Positions 13,784 to 29,186 are shown, numbered from the stretch's first letter. The stretch: DNA of 64,000 bases from Auanema rhodensis (GCA_964057225.1 OZ059895.1:11966001-12030000); one strand, 5' to 3'. The notes: a model not told the origin generated them from the sequence alone. Numbers and translations are program-made.

Positions 13784-15789
13784 TTTCAAATTTTTTTAAC
13801 GATCATACCACGTTGAAAGTACGCCATGCAGCTGATTTTCAATTTTATCTCTTCCGTAACAAAAGTTTTCAATTTTCCAGCAGTTTTACTTAGATAGCTC
13901 AACCCAAGGCATTAAAATATCTTCAATCTTATTTCTATATTACAGTTATAAACCAGTAGTTTATGAACCTTCATCTTAACTTTACTGTTTCTATCTATTT
14001 CCTATTGAAACGAACATTGTTTAAACACTATACAACTGTGAAACCTTTTTTAATTTATTGTATTTGGATCTCATAAGATTTGATATCATCGAGGGATTTA
14101 GATGTTACGTAGAAAATTACATAACTAACATGAAATTGGAAAAAAAACAATAACGAGGATAAGTATGTAGATCATTGAATATCAGATATTTTCGCTTACG
14201 ACCATACCACGTTGAAAGTACGCCATGCAGCTGATTTTCAATTTTATCTCTTCCGTAACAAATGTTTTCAATTTTCCAGCAGTTTTACTTAGATAGCTCA
14301 ACCCAAGGCATTAAAATATCTTCAATCTTATTTCTATATTACAGTTATAAACCAGTAGTTTATGAACCTTAATCTTAACTTTACTGTTTCTATCTATTTC
14401 CTATTGAAACGAACATTGTTTAAACACTATACAACTGTGAAACCTTTTTTAATTTATTGTATTTGGATCTCATAAGATTTGATATCATCGAGGGATTTAG
14501 ATGTTACGTAGAAAATTACATAACTAACATGAAATTGGAGAAAAAACAATAACGAGGATAAGTATGTAGATCATTGAATATCAGATATTTTCGCTTACGA
14601 CCATACCACGTTGAAAGTACGCCATGCAGCTGATTTTCAATTTTATCTCTTCCGTAACAAATGTTTTCAATTTTCCAGCAGTTTTACTTAGATAGCTCAA
14701 CCCAAGGCATTAAAATATCTTCAATCTTATTTCTATATTACAGTTATAAACCAGTAGTTTATGAACCTTAATCTTAACTTTACTGTTTCTATCTATTTCC
14801 TATTGAAACGAACATTGTTTAAACACTATACAACTGTGAAACCTTTTTTAATTTATTGTATTTGGATCTCATAAGATTTGATATCATCGAGGGATTTAGA
14901 TGTTACGTAGAAAATTACATAACTAACATGAAATTGGAAAAAAAACAATAACGAGGATAAGTATGTAGATCATTGAATATCAGATATTTTCGCTTACGAC
15001 CATACCACGTTGAAAGTACGCCATGCAGCTGATTTTCAATTTTATCTCTTCCGTAACAAATGTTTTCAATTTTCCAGCAGTTTTACTTAGATAGCTCAAC
15101 CCAAGGCATTAAAATATCTTCAATCTTATTTCTATATTACAGTTATAAACCAGTAGTTTATGAACCTTAATCTTAACTTTACTGTTTCTATCTATTTCCT
15201 ATTAAAACAAACGTTGTTTAAACACTATACAACTGTGAAACCTTTTTTAATTTATTGTATTTGGAGCTCATAAGATTCAATATTATCGAGGGATTTAGAT
15301 GTAACGTGGAAAATTACATAACTAACATGAAATTGGAAAAAAAACAATAACGAGGATAAATATGTAAATCATTGAATATCAGATATTTCCGCTTACGACC
15401 ATACCACGTTGAAAGTACGCCATGCAGCTGATTTTCAATTTTATCTCTTCCGTAACAAAAGTTTTCAATTTTCCAGCAGTTTTACTTAGATAGCTCAACC
15501 CAAGGCATTAAAATATCTTCAATCTTATTTCTATATTACAGTTATAAACCAGTAGTTTATGAACCTTCATCTTAACTTTACTGTTTCTATCTATTTCCTA
15601 TTGAAACAAACATTGTTTAAACACTATACAACTGTGAAACCTTTTTTAATTTATTGTATTTGGATCTCATAAGATTTGATATCATCGAGGGATTTAGATG
15701 TTACGTAGAAAATTACATAACTAACATGAAATTGGAAAAAAAACAATAACGAGGATAAGTATGTAGATCATTGAATATCAGATATTTTC

Positions 15790-15908
15790 GCTTACGACCA
15801 TACCACGTTGAAAGTACGCCATCCCGTCCGATCTGGCAAGTCAAACAACGTTGGGCCCGGTTAGTACTTGGATCGGAGACGGCTTCTGAATCCCGGGTGC
15901 CGTAAGCA
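15790..15908 (+). rRNA. 5S rRNA, variant B
   Basis: Full length, variant B changes. Confidence 0.75.
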
Positions 15909-18900
15909 TTTCAAATTTTTTTAACGATCATACCACGTTGAAAGTACGCCATGCAGCTGATTTTCAATTTTATCTCTTCCGTAACAAAAGTTTTCAATTT
16001 TCCAGCAGTTTTACTTAGATAGCTCAACCCAAGGCATTAAAATATCTTCAATCTTATTTCTATATTACAGTTATAAACCAGTAGTTTATGAACCTTCATC
16101 TTAACTTTACTGTTTCTTTCTATTTCCTATTGAAACAAACATTGTTTAAACACTATACAACTGTGAAACCTTTTTTAGTTTATTGTATTTGGATCTCATA
16201 AGATTTGATATCATCGAGGGATTTAGATGTTACGTAGAAAATTACATAACTAACATGAAATTGGAAAAAAAACAATAACGAGGATAAGTATGTAGATCAT
16301 TGAATATCAGATATTTTCGCTTACGACCATACCACGTTGAAAGTACGCCATGCAGCTGATTTTCAATTTTATCTCTTCCGTAACAAAAGTTTTCAATTTT
16401 CCAGCAGTTTTACTTAGATAGCTCAACCCAAGGCATTAAAATATCTTCAATCTTATTTCTATATTACAGTTATAAACCAGTAGTTTATGAACCTTAATCT
16501 TAACTTTACTGTTTCTATCTATTTCCTATTAAAACAAACGTTGTTTAAACACTATACAACTGTGAAACCTTTTTTAATTTATTGTATTTGGAGCTCATAA
16601 GATTCAATATCATCGAGGGATTTAGATGTAACGTGGAAAATTACATAACTAACATGAAATTGGAAAAAAAACAATAACGAGGATAAGTATGTAAATCATT
16701 GAATATCAGATATTTCCGCTTACGACCATACCACGTTGAAAGTACGCCATGCAGCTGATTTTCAATTTTATCTCTTCCGTAACAAATGTTTTCAATTTTC
16801 CAGCAGTTTTACTTAGATAGCTCAACCCAAGGCATTAAAATATCTTCAATCTTATTTCTATATTACAGTTATAAACCAGTAGTTTATGAACCTTAATCTT
16901 AACTTTACTGTTTCTATCTATTTCCTATTAAAACAAACGTTGTTTAAACACTATACAACTGTGAAACCTTTTTTAATTTATTGTATTTGGAGCTCATAAG
17001 ATTCAATATTATCGAGGGATTTAGATGTAACGTGGAAAATTACATAACTAACATGAAATTGGAAAAAAAACAATAACGAGGATAAATATGTAAATCATTG
17101 AATATCAGATATTTCCGCTTACAACCATACCACGTTGAAAGTACGCCATGCAGCTGATTTTCAATTTTATCTCTTCCGTAACAAATGTTTTCAATTTTCC
17201 AGCAGTTTTACTTAGATAGCTCAACCCAAGGCATTAAAATATCTTCAATCTTATTTCTATATTACAGTTATAAACCAGTAGTTTATGAACCTTAATCTTA
17301 ACTTTACTGTTTCTATCTATTTCCTATTAAAACAAACGTTGTTTAAACACTATACAACTGTGAAACCTTTTTTAATTTATTGTATTTGGAGCTCATAAGA
17401 TTCAATATTATCGAGGGATTTAGATGTAACGTGGAAAATTACATAACTAACATGAAATTGGAAAAAAAACAATAACGAGGATAAATATGTAAATCATTGA
17501 ATATCAGATATTTCCGCTTACAACCATACCACGTGGAAAGTACGCCATGCAGCTGATTTTCAATTTTATCTCTTCCGTAACAAATGTTTTCAATTTTCCA
17601 GCAGTTTTACTTAGATAGCTCAACCCAAGGCATTAAAATATCTTCAATCTTATTTCTATATTACAGTTATAAACCAGTAGTTTATGAACCTTAATCTTAA
17701 CTTTACTGTTTCTATCTATTTCCTATTAAAACAAACGTTGTTTAAACACTATACAACTGTGAAACCTTTTTTAATTTATTGTATTTGGAGCTCATAAGAT
17801 TCAATATTATCGAGGGATTTAGATGTAACGTGGAAAATTACATAACTAACATGAAATTGGAAAAAAAACAATAACGAGGATAAATATGTAAATCATTGAA
17901 TATCAGATATTTCCGCTTACAACCATACCACGTGGAAAGTACGCCATGCAGCTGATTTTCAATTTTATCTCTTCCGTAACAAATGTTTTCAATTTTCCAG
18001 CAGTTTTACTTAGATAGCTCAACCCAAGGCATTAAAATATCTTCAATCTTATTTCTATATTACAGTTATAAACCAGTAGTTTATGAACCTTAATCTTAAC
18101 TTTACTGTTTCTATCTATTTCCTATTGAAACGAACATTGTTTAAACACTATACAACTGTGAAACCTTTTTTAATTTATTGTATTTGGATCTCATAAGATT
18201 TGATATCATCGAGGGATTTAGATGTTACGTAGAAAATTACATAACTAACATGAAATTGGAAAAAAAACAATAACGAGGATAAGTATGTAGATCATTGAAT
18301 ATCAGATATTTTCGCTTACGACCATACCACGTTGAAAGTACGCCATGCAGCTGATTTTCAATTTTATCTCTTCCGTAACAAATGTTTTCAATTTTCCAGC
18401 AGTTTTACTTAGATAGCTCAACCCAAGGCATTAAAATATCTTCAATCTTATTTCTATATTACAGTTATAAACCAGTAGTTTATGAACCTTAATCTTAACT
18501 TTACTGTTTCTATCTATTTCCTATTAAAACAAACGTTGTTTAAACACTATACAACTGTGAAACCTTTTTTAATTTATTGTATTTGGAGCTCATAAGATTC
18601 AATATTATCGAGGGATTTAGATGTAACGTGGAAAATTACATAACTAACATGAAATTGGAAAAAAAACAATAACGAGGATAAATATGTAAATCATTGAATA
18701 TCAGATATTTCCGCTTACGACCATACCACGTTGAAAGTACGCCATGCAGCTGATTTTCAATTTTATCTCTTCCGTAACAAAAGTTTTCAATTTTCCAGCA
18801 GTTTTACTTAGATAGCTCAACCCAAGGCATTAAAATATCTTCAATCTTATTTCTATATTACAGTTATAAACCAGTAGTTTATGAACCTTCATCTTAACTT

Positions 18901-19111
18901 TACTGTTTCTATCTATTTCCTATTGAAACAAACATTGTTTAAACACTATACAACTGTGAAACCTTTTTTAATTTATTGTATTTGGATCTCATAAGATTTG
19001 ATATCATCGAGGGATTTAGATGTTACGTAGAAAATTACATAACTAACATGAAATTGGAAAAAAAACAATAACGAGGATAAGTATGTAGATCATTGAATAT
19101 CAGATATTTTC

Positions 19112-19230
19112 GCTTACGACCATACCACGTTGAAAGTACGCCATCCCGTCCGATCTGGCAAGTCAAACAACGTTGGGCCCGGTTAGTACTTGGATCGGAG
19201 ACGGCTTCTGAATCCCGGGTGCCGTAAGCA
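19112..19230 (+). rRNA. 5S rRNA, variant B
   Basis: Full length, variant B changes. Confidence 0.75.
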
Positions 19231-20438
19231 TTTCAAATTTTTTTAACGATCATACCACGTTGAAAGTACGCCATGCAGCTGATTTTCAATTTTATCTCTT
19301 CCGTAACAAAAGTTTTCAATTTTCCAGCAGTTTTACTTAGATAGCTCAACCCAAGGCATTAAAATATCTTCAATCTTATTTCTATATTACAGTTATAAAC
19401 CAGTAGTTTATGAACCTTCATCTTAACTTTACTGTTTCTTCCTATTTCCTATTGAAACAAACATTGTTTAAACACTATACAACTGTGAAACCTTTTTTAG
19501 TTTATTGTATTTGGATCTCATAAGATTTGATATCATCGAGGGATTTAGATGTTACGTAGAAAATTACATAACTAACATGAAATTGGAAAAAAAACAATAA
19601 CGAGGATAAGTATGTAGATCATTGAATATCAGATATTTTCGCTTACGACCATACCACGTTGAAAGTACGCCATGCAGCTGATTTTCAATTTTATCTCTTC
19701 CGTAACAAAAGTTTTCAATTTTCCAGCAGTTTTACTTAGATAGCTCAACCCAAGGCATTAAAATATCTTCAATCTTATTTCTATATTACAGTTATAAACC
19801 AGTAGTTTATGAACCTTAATCTTAACTTTACTGTTTCTATCTATTTCCTATTAAAACAAACGTTGTTTAAACACTATACAACTGTGAAACCTTTTTTAAT
19901 TTATTGTATTTGGAGCTCATAAGATTCAATATCATCGAGGGATTTAGATGTAACGTGGAAAATTACATAACTAACATGAAATTGGAAAAAAAACAATAAC
20001 GAGGATAAGTATGTAAATCATTGAATATCAGATATTTCCGCTTACGACCATACCACGTTGAAAGTACGCCATGCAGCTGATTTTCAATTTTATCTCTTCC
20101 GTAACAAATGTTTTCAATTTTCCAGCAGTTTTACTTAGATAGCTCAACCCAAGGCATTAAAATATCTTCAATCTTATTTCTATATTACAGTTATAAACCA
20201 GTAGTTTATGAACCTTCATCTTAACTTTACTGTTTCTTTCTATTTCCTATTGAAACAAACATTGTTTAAACACTATACAACTGTGAAACCTTTTTTAGTT
20301 TATTGTATTTGGATCTCATAAGATTTGATATCATCGAGGGATTTAGATGTTACGTAGAAAATTACATAACTAACATGAAATTGGAAAAAAAACAATAACG
20401 AGGATAAGTATGTAGATCATTGAATATCAGATATTTTC

Positions 20439-20557
20439 GCTTACGACCATACCACGTTGAAAGTACGCCATCCCGTCCGATCTGGCAAGTCAAGCAACGT
20501 TGGGCCCGGTTAGTACTTGGATCGGAGACGGCTTGGGAATCCCGGGTGCCGTAAGCT
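20439..20557 (+). rRNA. 5S rRNA (consensus type A)
   Basis: Full 119 nt followed by TTTT terminator. Confidence 0.92.
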
Positions 20558-20967
20558 TTTCAAATTTTTTTAACGATCATACCACGTTGAAAGTACGCCA
20601 TGCAGCTGATTTTCAATTTTATCTCTTCCGTAACAAATGTTTTCAATTTTCCAGCAGTTTTACTTAGATAGCTCAACCCAAGGCATTAAAATATCTTCAA
20701 TCTTATTTCTATATTACAGTTATAAACCAGTAGTTTATGAACCTTCATCTTAACTTTACTGTTTCTATCTATTTCCTATTGAAACAAACATTGTTTAAAC
20801 ACTATACAACTGTGAAACCTTTTTTAATTTATTGTATTTGGATCTCATAAGATTTGATATCATCGAGGGATTTAGATGTTACGTAGAAAATTACATAACT
20901 AACATGAAATTGGAAAAAAAACAATAACGAGGATAAGTATGTAAATCATTAAATATCAGATATTTTC

Positions 20968-21085
20968 GCTTACGACCATACCACGTTGAAAGTACGCCAT
21001 CCCGTCCGATCTGGCAATCAAGCAACGTTGGGCCCGGTTAGTACTTGGATCGGAGACGGCTTGGGAATCCCGGGTGCCGTAAGCT
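20968..21085 (+). rRNA. 5S rRNA with 1-nt deletion (G51)
   Basis: GGCAATCAAGC instead of GGCAAGTCAAGC. Confidence 0.7.
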
Positions 21086-22293
21086 TTTCAAATTTTTTTA
21101 ACGATCATACCACGTTGAAAGTACGCCATGCAGCTGATTTTCAATTTTATCTCTTCCGTAACAAATGTTTTCAATTTTCCAGCAGTTTTACTTAGATAGC
21201 TCAACCCAAGGCATTAAAATATCTTCAATCTTATTTCTATATTACAGTTATAAATTAGTAGTTTATGAACCTTCATCTTAACTTTACTGTTTCTATCTAT
21301 TTCCTATTGAAACAAACATTGTTTAAACACTATACAACTGTGAAACCTTTTTTAATTTATTGTATTTGGATCTCATAAGATTTGATATCATCGAGGGATT
21401 TAGATGTTACGTAGAAAATTACATAACTAACATGAAATTGGAAAAAAAACAATAACGAGGATAAGTATGTAGATCATTGAATATCACATATTTTCGCTTA
21501 CGACCATACCACGTTGAAAGTACGCCATGCAGCTGATTTTCAATTTTATCTCTTCCGTAACAAAAGTTTTCAATTTTCCAGCAGTTTTACTTAGATAGCT
21601 CAACCCAAGGCATTAAAATATCTTCAATCTTATTTCTATATTACAGTTATAAACCAGTAGTTTATGAACCTTAATCTTAACTTTACTGTTTCTATCTATT
21701 TCCTATTAAAACAAACGTTGTTTAAACACTATACAACTGTGAAACCTTTTTTAATTTATTGTATTTGGAGCTCATAAGATTCAATATCATCGAGGGATTT
21801 AGATGTAACGTGGAAAATTACATAACTAACATGAAATTGGAAAAAAAACAATAACGAGGATAAATATGTAAATCATTGAATATCAGATATTTTCGCTTAC
21901 GACCATACCACGTTGAAAGTACGCCATGCAGCTGATTTTCAATTTTATCTCTTCCGTAACAAATGTTTCCAATTTTCCAGCAGTTTTACTTAGATAGCTC
22001 AACCCAAGGCATCAAAATATCTTCAATCTTATTTCTTTATTACAGTTATAAACCAGTAGTTTATGAACCTTCATCTTAACTTTACTGTTTCTATCTATTT
22101 CCTATTAAAACAAACGTTGTTTAAACACTATACAACTGTGAAACCTTTTTTAATTTATTGTATTTGGAGCTCATAAGATTCAATATCATCGAGGGATTTA
22201 GATGTAACGTGGAAAATTACATAACTAACATGAAATTGGAAAAAAAACAATAACGAGGATAAATATGTAAATCATTGAATATCAGATATTTTC

Positions 22294-22412
22294 GCTTACG
22301 ACCATACCACGTTGAAAGAACGCCATCCCGTCCGATCTGGCAAGTCAAGCAACGTTGGGCCCGGTTAGTACTTAGATCGGAGACGGCTTGGGAATCCCGG
22401 TTGCCGTAAGCT
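22294..22412 (+). rRNA. 5S rRNA, divergent copy
   Basis: T26A, G81A, G108T. Confidence 0.7.
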
Positions 22413-23222
22413 TTTCAAATTTTTTTAACGATCATACCACGTTGAAAGTACGCCATGCAGCTGATTTTCAATTTTATCTCTTCCGTAACAAATGTTTTCA
22501 ATTTTCCAGCAGTTTTACTTAGATAGCTCAACCCAAGGCATTAAAATATATTCAATCTTATTTCTATATTACAGTTATAAACCAGTAGTTTATGAACCTT
22601 AATCTTAACTTTACTGTTTCTATCTATTTCCTATTAAAACAAACGTTGTTTAAACACTATACAACTGTGAAACCTTTTTTAATTTATTGTATTTGGAGCT
22701 CATAAGATTCAATATCATCGAGGGATTTAGATGTAACGTGGAAAATTACATAACTAACATGAAATTGGAAAAAAAACAATAACGAGGATAAGTATGTAAA
22801 TCATTGAATATCAGATATTTCCGCTTACGACCATACCACGTTGAAAGTACGCCATGCAGCTGATTTTCAATTTTATCTCTTCCGTAACAAATGTTTTCAA
22901 TTTTCCAGCAGTTTTACTTAGATAGCTCAACCCAAGCCATTAAAATATCTTCAATCTTATTTCTATATTACAGTTATAAACCAGTAGTTTATGAACCTTC
23001 ATCTTAACTTTACTGTTTCTATCTATTTCCTATTGAAACAAACATTGTTTAAACACTATACAACTGTGAAACCTTTTTTAATTTATTGTATTTGGATCTC
23101 ATAAGATTTGATATCATCGAGGGATTTAGATGTTACGTAGAAAAGTACATAACTAACATGAAATTTGGAAAAAAAACAATAACGAGGATAAGTATGTAAA
23201 TCATTGAATATCAGATATTTTC

Positions 23223-23341
23223 GCTTACAACCATACCACGTTGAAAGTACGCCATCCCGTCCGATCTGGCAAGTCAAGCAACGTTGGGCCCGGTTAGTAC
23301 TTGGATCGGAGACGGCTTGGGAATCCCGGGTGCCGTAAGCT
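23223..23341 (+). rRNA. 5S rRNA (G7A)
   Basis: Full length. Confidence 0.85.
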
Positions 23342-24149
23342 TTTCAATTTTTTTAACGATCATACCACGTTGAAAGTACGCCATGCAGCTGATTTTCAAT
23401 TTTATCTCTTCCGTAACAAATGTTTTCAATTTTCCAGCAGTTTTACTTAGATAGCTCAACCCAAGGCATTAAAATATCTTCAATCTTATTTCTATATTAT
23501 AGTTATAAACCAGTAGTTTATGAACCTTAATCTTAACTTTACTGTTTCTATCTATTTCCTATTAAAACAAACGTTGTTTAAACACTATACAACTGTGAAA
23601 CCTTTTTTAATTTATTGTATTTGGATCTCATAAGATTTGATATCATCGAGGGATTTAGATGTTACGTAGAAAATTACATAACTAACATGAAATTGGAAAA
23701 AAAACAATAACGAGGATAAGTATGTAAATCATTGAATATCAGATATTTCCGCTTACGACCATACCACGTTGAAAGTACGCCATGCAGCTGATTTTCAATT
23801 TTATCTCTTCCGTAACAAATGTTTTCAATTTTCCAGCAGTTTTACTTAGATAGCTCAACCCAAGGCATCAAAATATCTTCAATCTTATTTTTTTATTACA
23901 GTTATAAACCAGTAGTTTATGAACCTTCATCTTAACTTTACTGTTTCTATCTATTTCCTATTAAAACAAACGTTGTTTAAACACTATACAACTGTGAAAC
24001 CTTTTTTAATTTATTGTATTTGGAGCTCATAAGATTCAATATCATCGAGGGATTTAGATGAAACGTGGAAAATTACATAACTAACATGAAATTGGAAAAA
24101 AAACAATAACGAGGATAAGTATGTAAATCATTGAATATCAGATATTTTC

Positions 24150-24268
24150 GCTTACAACCATACCACGTTGAAAGTACGCCATCCCGTCCGATCTGGCAAG
24201 TCAAGCAACGTTGGGCCCGGTTAGTACTTGGATCGGAGACGGCTTGGGAATCCCGGGTGCCGTAAGCT
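24150..24268 (+). rRNA. 5S rRNA (G7A)
   Basis: Full length. Confidence 0.85.
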
Positions 24269-25076
24269 TTTCAATTTTTTTAACGATCATACCACGTTGA
24301 AAGTACGCCATGCAGCTGATTTTCAATTTTATCTCTTCCGTAACAAATGTTTTCAATTTTCCAGCAGTTTTACTTAGATAGCTCAACCCAAGGCATTAAA
24401 ATATCTTCAATCTTATTTCTATATTATAGTTATAAACCAGTAGTTTATGAACCTTAATCTTAACTTTACTGTTTCTATCTATTTCCTATTAAAACAAACG
24501 TTGTTTAAACACTATACAACTGTGAAACCTTTTTTAATTTATTGTATTTGGATCTCATAAGATTTGATATCATCGAGGGATTTAGATGTTACGTAGAAAA
24601 TTACATAACTAACATGAAATTGGAAAAAAAACAATAACGAGGATAAGTATGTAAATCATTGAATATCAGATATTTCCGCTTACGACCATACCACGTTGAA
24701 AGTACGCCATGCAGCTGATTTTCAATTTTATCTCTTCCGTAACAAATGTTTTCAATTTTCCAGCAGTTTTACTTAGATAGCTCAACCCAAGGCATCAAAA
24801 TATCTTCAATCTTATTTTTTTATTACAGTTATAAACCAGTAGTTTATGAACCTTCATCTTAACTTTACTGTTTCTATCTATTTCCTATTAAAACAAACGT
24901 TGTTTAAACACTATACAACTGTGAAACCTTTTTTAATTTATTGTATTTGGAGCTCATAAGATTCAATATCATCGAGGGATTTAGATGAAACGTGGAAAAT
25001 TACATAACTAACATGAAATTGGAAAAAAAACAATAACGAGGATAAATATGTAAATCATTCAATATCAGATATTTTC

Positions 25077-25195
25077 GCTTACGACCATACCACGTTGAAA
25101 GAACGCCATCCCGTCCGATCTGGCAAGTCAAGCAACGTTGGGCCCGGTTAGTACTTGGATCGGAGACAGCTTGGGAATCCCGGGTGCCGTAAGCT
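25077..25195 (+). rRNA. 5S rRNA, variant C
   Basis: T26A, G92A. Confidence 0.8.
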
Positions 25196-25605
25196 TTTCA
25201 ATTTTTTTTAACGATCATACCACGTTGAAAGTACGCCATGCAGCTGATTTTCAATTTTATCTCTTCCGTAACAAATGTTTTCAATTTTCCAGCAGTTTTA
25301 CTTAGATAGCTCAACCAAAGCCATTAAAATATCTTCAATCTTATTTCTATATTACAGTTATGAACCAGTAGTTTATGAACCTTCATCTTAACTTTACTGT
25401 TTCTATCTATTTCCTATTGAAACAAACATTGTTTAAACACTATACAACTGTGAAACCTTTTTTAATTTATTGTATTTGGATCTCATAAGATTTGATATCA
25501 TCGAGGGATTTAGATGTTACGTAGAAAATTACATAACTAACATGAAATTGGAAAAAAAACAATAACGAGGATAAGTATGTAAATCATTAAATATCAGATA
25601 TTTTC

Positions 25606-25724
25606 GCTTACGACCATACCACGTTGAAAGTACGCCATCCTGTCCGATCTGGCAAGTCAAGCAACGTTGGGCCCGGTTAGTACTTGGATCGGAGACGGCT
25701 TGGGAATCCCGGGTGCCGTAAGCT
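25606..25724 (+). rRNA. 5S rRNA (C36T)
   Basis: Full length. Confidence 0.85.
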
Positions 25725-26134
25725 TTTCAAATTTTTTTAACGATCATACCACGTTGAAAAAACGCCATGCAGCTGATTTTCAATTTTATCTCTTCCGTAA
25801 CAAATGTTTTCAATTTTCCAGCAGTTTTACTTAGATAGCTCAACCCAAGGCATTAAAATATCTTCAATCTTATTTCTATATTACAGTTATAAACCAGTAG
25901 TTTATGAACCTTCATCTTAACTTTACTGTTTCTATCTATTTCCTATTGAAACAAACATTGTTTAAACACTATACAACTGTGAAACCTTTTTTAATTTATT
26001 GTATTTGGATCTCATAAGATTTGATATCATCGAGGGATTTAGATGTTACGTAGAAAATTACATAACTAACATGAAATTGGAAAAAAAACAATAACGAGGA
26101 TAAGTATGTAAATCATTAAATATCAGATATTTTC

Positions 26135-26253
26135 GCTTACGACCATACCACGTTGAAAGTACGCCATCCTGTCCGATCTGGCAAGTCAAGCAACGTTGGG
26201 CCCGGTTAGTACTTGGATCGGAGACGGCTTGGGAATCCCGGGTGCCGTAAGCT
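26135..26253 (+). rRNA. 5S rRNA (C36T)
   Basis: Full length. Confidence 0.85.
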
Positions 26254-26663
26254 TTTCAAATTTTTTTAACGATCATACCACGTTGAAAGTACGCCATGCA
26301 GCTGATTTTCAATTTTATCTCTTCCGTAACAAATGTTTTCAATTTTCCAGCAGTTTTACTTAGATAGCTCAACCCAAGGCATTAAAATATCTTCAATCTT
26401 ATTTCTATATTACAGTTATAAACCAGTAGTTTATGAACCTTCATCTTAACTTTACTGTTTCTATCTATTTCCTATTGAAACAAACATTGTTTAAACACTA
26501 TACAACTGTGAAACCTTTTTTAATTTATTGTATTTGGAGCTCATAAGATTCAATATCATCGAGGGATTTAGATGTAACGTGGAAAATTACATAACTAACA
26601 TGAAATTGGAAAAAAAACAATAACGAGGATAAATATGTAAATCATTCAATATCAGATATTTTC

Positions 26664-26782
26664 GCTTACGACCATACCACGTTGAAAGAACGCCATCCCG
26701 TCCGATCTGGCAAGTCAAGCAACGTTGGGCCCGGTTAGTACTTGGATCGGAGACAGCTTGGGAATCCCGGGTGCCGTAAGCT
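26664..26782 (+). rRNA. 5S rRNA, variant C
   Basis: T26A, G92A. Confidence 0.8.
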
Positions 26783-27193
26783 TTTCAAATTTTTTTAACG
26801 ATCATACCACGTTGAAAGTACGCCATGCAGCTGATTTTCAATTTTATCTCTTCCGTAACAAATGTTTTCAATTTTCCAGCAGTTTTACTTAGATAGCTCA
26901 ACCAAAGCCATTAAAATATCTTCAATCTTATTTCTATATTACAGTTATAAACCAGTAGTTTATGAACCTTCATCTTAACTTTACTGTTTCTATCTATTTC
27001 CTATTGAAACAAACATTGTTTAAACACTATACAACTGTGAAACCTTTTTTAATTTATTGTATTTGGATCTCATAAGATTTGATATCATCGAGGGATTTAG
27101 ATGTTACGTAGAAAAGTACATAACTAACATGAAATTTGGAAAAAAAACAATAACGAGGATAAGTATGTAAATCATTGAATATCAGATATTTTC

Positions 27194-27312
27194 GCTTACA
27201 ACCATACCACGTTGAAAGTACGCCATCCCGTCCGATCTGGCAAGTCAAGCAACGTTGGGCCCGGTTAGTACTTGGATCGGAGACGGCTTGGGAATCCCGG
27301 GTGCCGTAAGCT
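27194..27312 (+). rRNA. 5S rRNA (G7A)
   Basis: Full length. Confidence 0.85.
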
Positions 27313-28128
27313 TTTCAAATTTTTTTAACGATCATACCACGTTGAAAGTACGCCATGCAGCTGATTTTCAATTTTATCTCTTCCGTAACAAATGTTTTCA
27401 ATTTTCCAGCAGTTTTACTTAGATAGCTCAACCCAAGGCATTAAAATATCTTCAATCTTATTTCTATATTATAGTTATAAACCAGTAGTTTATGAACCTT
27501 AATCTTAACTTTACTGTTTCTATCTATTTCCTATTAAAACAAACGTTGTTTAAACACTATACAACTGTGAAACCTTTTTTAATTTATTGTATTTGGATCT
27601 CATAAGATTTGATATCATCGAGGGATTTAGATGTTACGTAGAAAATTACATAACTAACATGAAATTGGAAAAAAAACAATAACGAGGATAAGTATGTAAA
27701 TCATTGAATATCAGATATTTCCGCTTACGACCATACCACGTTGAAAGTACGCCATGCAGCTGATTTTCAATTTTATCTCTTCCGTAACAAATGTTTTCAA
27801 TTTTCCAGCAGTTTTACTTAGATAGCTCAACCCAAGGCATCAAAATATCTTCAATCTTATTTTTTTATTACAGTTATAAACCAGTAGTTTATGAACCTTC
27901 ATCTTAACTTTACTGTTTCTATCTATTTCCTATTAAAACAAACGTTGTTTAAACACTATACAACTGTGAAACCTTTTTTAATTTATTGTATTTGGAGCTC
28001 ATAAGATTCAATATCATCGAGGGATTTAGATGAAACGTGGAAAATTACATAACTAACATGAAATTGGAAAAAAAACAATAACGAGGATAAATATGTAAAT
28101 TCAATATCATTCAATATCAGATATTTTC

Positions 28129-28247
28129 GCTTACGACCATACCACGTTGAAAGAACGCCATCCCGTCCGATATGGCAAGTCAAGCAACGTTGGGCCCGGT
28201 TAGTACTTGGATCGGAGACAGCTTGGGAATCCCGGGTGCCGTAAGCT
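28129..28247 (+). rRNA. 5S rRNA, variant C
   Basis: T26A, C44A, G92A. Confidence 0.75.
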
Positions 28248-28657
28248 TTTCAAATTTTTTTAACGATCATACCACGTTGAAAGTACGCCATGCAGCTGAT
28301 TTTCAATTTTATCTCTACCGTAACAAATGTTTTCAATTTTCCAGCAGTTTTACTTAGATAGCTCAACCAAAGCCATTAAAATATCTTCAATCTTATTTCT
28401 ATATTACAGTTATGAACCAGTAGTTTATGAACCTTCATCTTAACTTTACTGTTTCTATCTATTTCCTATTGAAACAAACATTGTTTAAACACTATACAAC
28501 TGTGAAACCTTTTTTAATTTATTGTATTTGGATCTCATAAGATTTGATATCATCGAGGGATTTAGATGTTACGTAGAAAATTACATAACTAACATGAAAT
28601 TGGAAAAAAAACAATAACGAGGATAAGTATGTAAATCATTAAATATCAGATATTTTC

Positions 28658-28776
28658 GCTTACGACCATACCACGTTGAAAGTACGCCATCCCGTCCGAT
28701 CTGGCAAGTCAAGCAACGTTGGGCCCGGTTAGTACTTGGATCGGAGACGGCTTGGGAATCCCGGGTGCCGTAAGCT
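28658..28776 (+). rRNA. 5S rRNA (type A)
   Basis: Consensus 119 nt plus TTTT. Confidence 0.93.
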
Positions 28777-29186
28777 TTTCAAATTTTTTTAACGATCATA
28801 CCACGTTGAAAGTACGCCATGCAGCTGATTTTCAATTTTATCTCTTCCGTAACAAATGTTTTCAATTTTCCAGCAGTTTTACTTAGATAGCTCAACCCAA
28901 GGCATTAAAATATCTTCAATCTTATTTCTATATTACAGTTATAAACCAGTAGTTTATGAACCTTCATCTTAACTTTACTGTTTCTATCTATTTCCTATTG
29001 AAACAAACATTGTTTAAACACTATACAACTGTGAAACCTTTTTTAATTTATTGTATTTGGATCTCATAAGATTTGATATCATCGAGGGATTTAGATGTTA
29101 CGTAGAAAATTACATAACTAACATGAAATTGGAAAAAAAACAATAACGAGGATAAGTATGTAAATCATTAAATATCAGATATTTTC

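Noticed and set aside
28095-28120. 7-bp micro-duplication upstream of one 5S gene
   Set aside because: Single-unit slippage event with no evident significance
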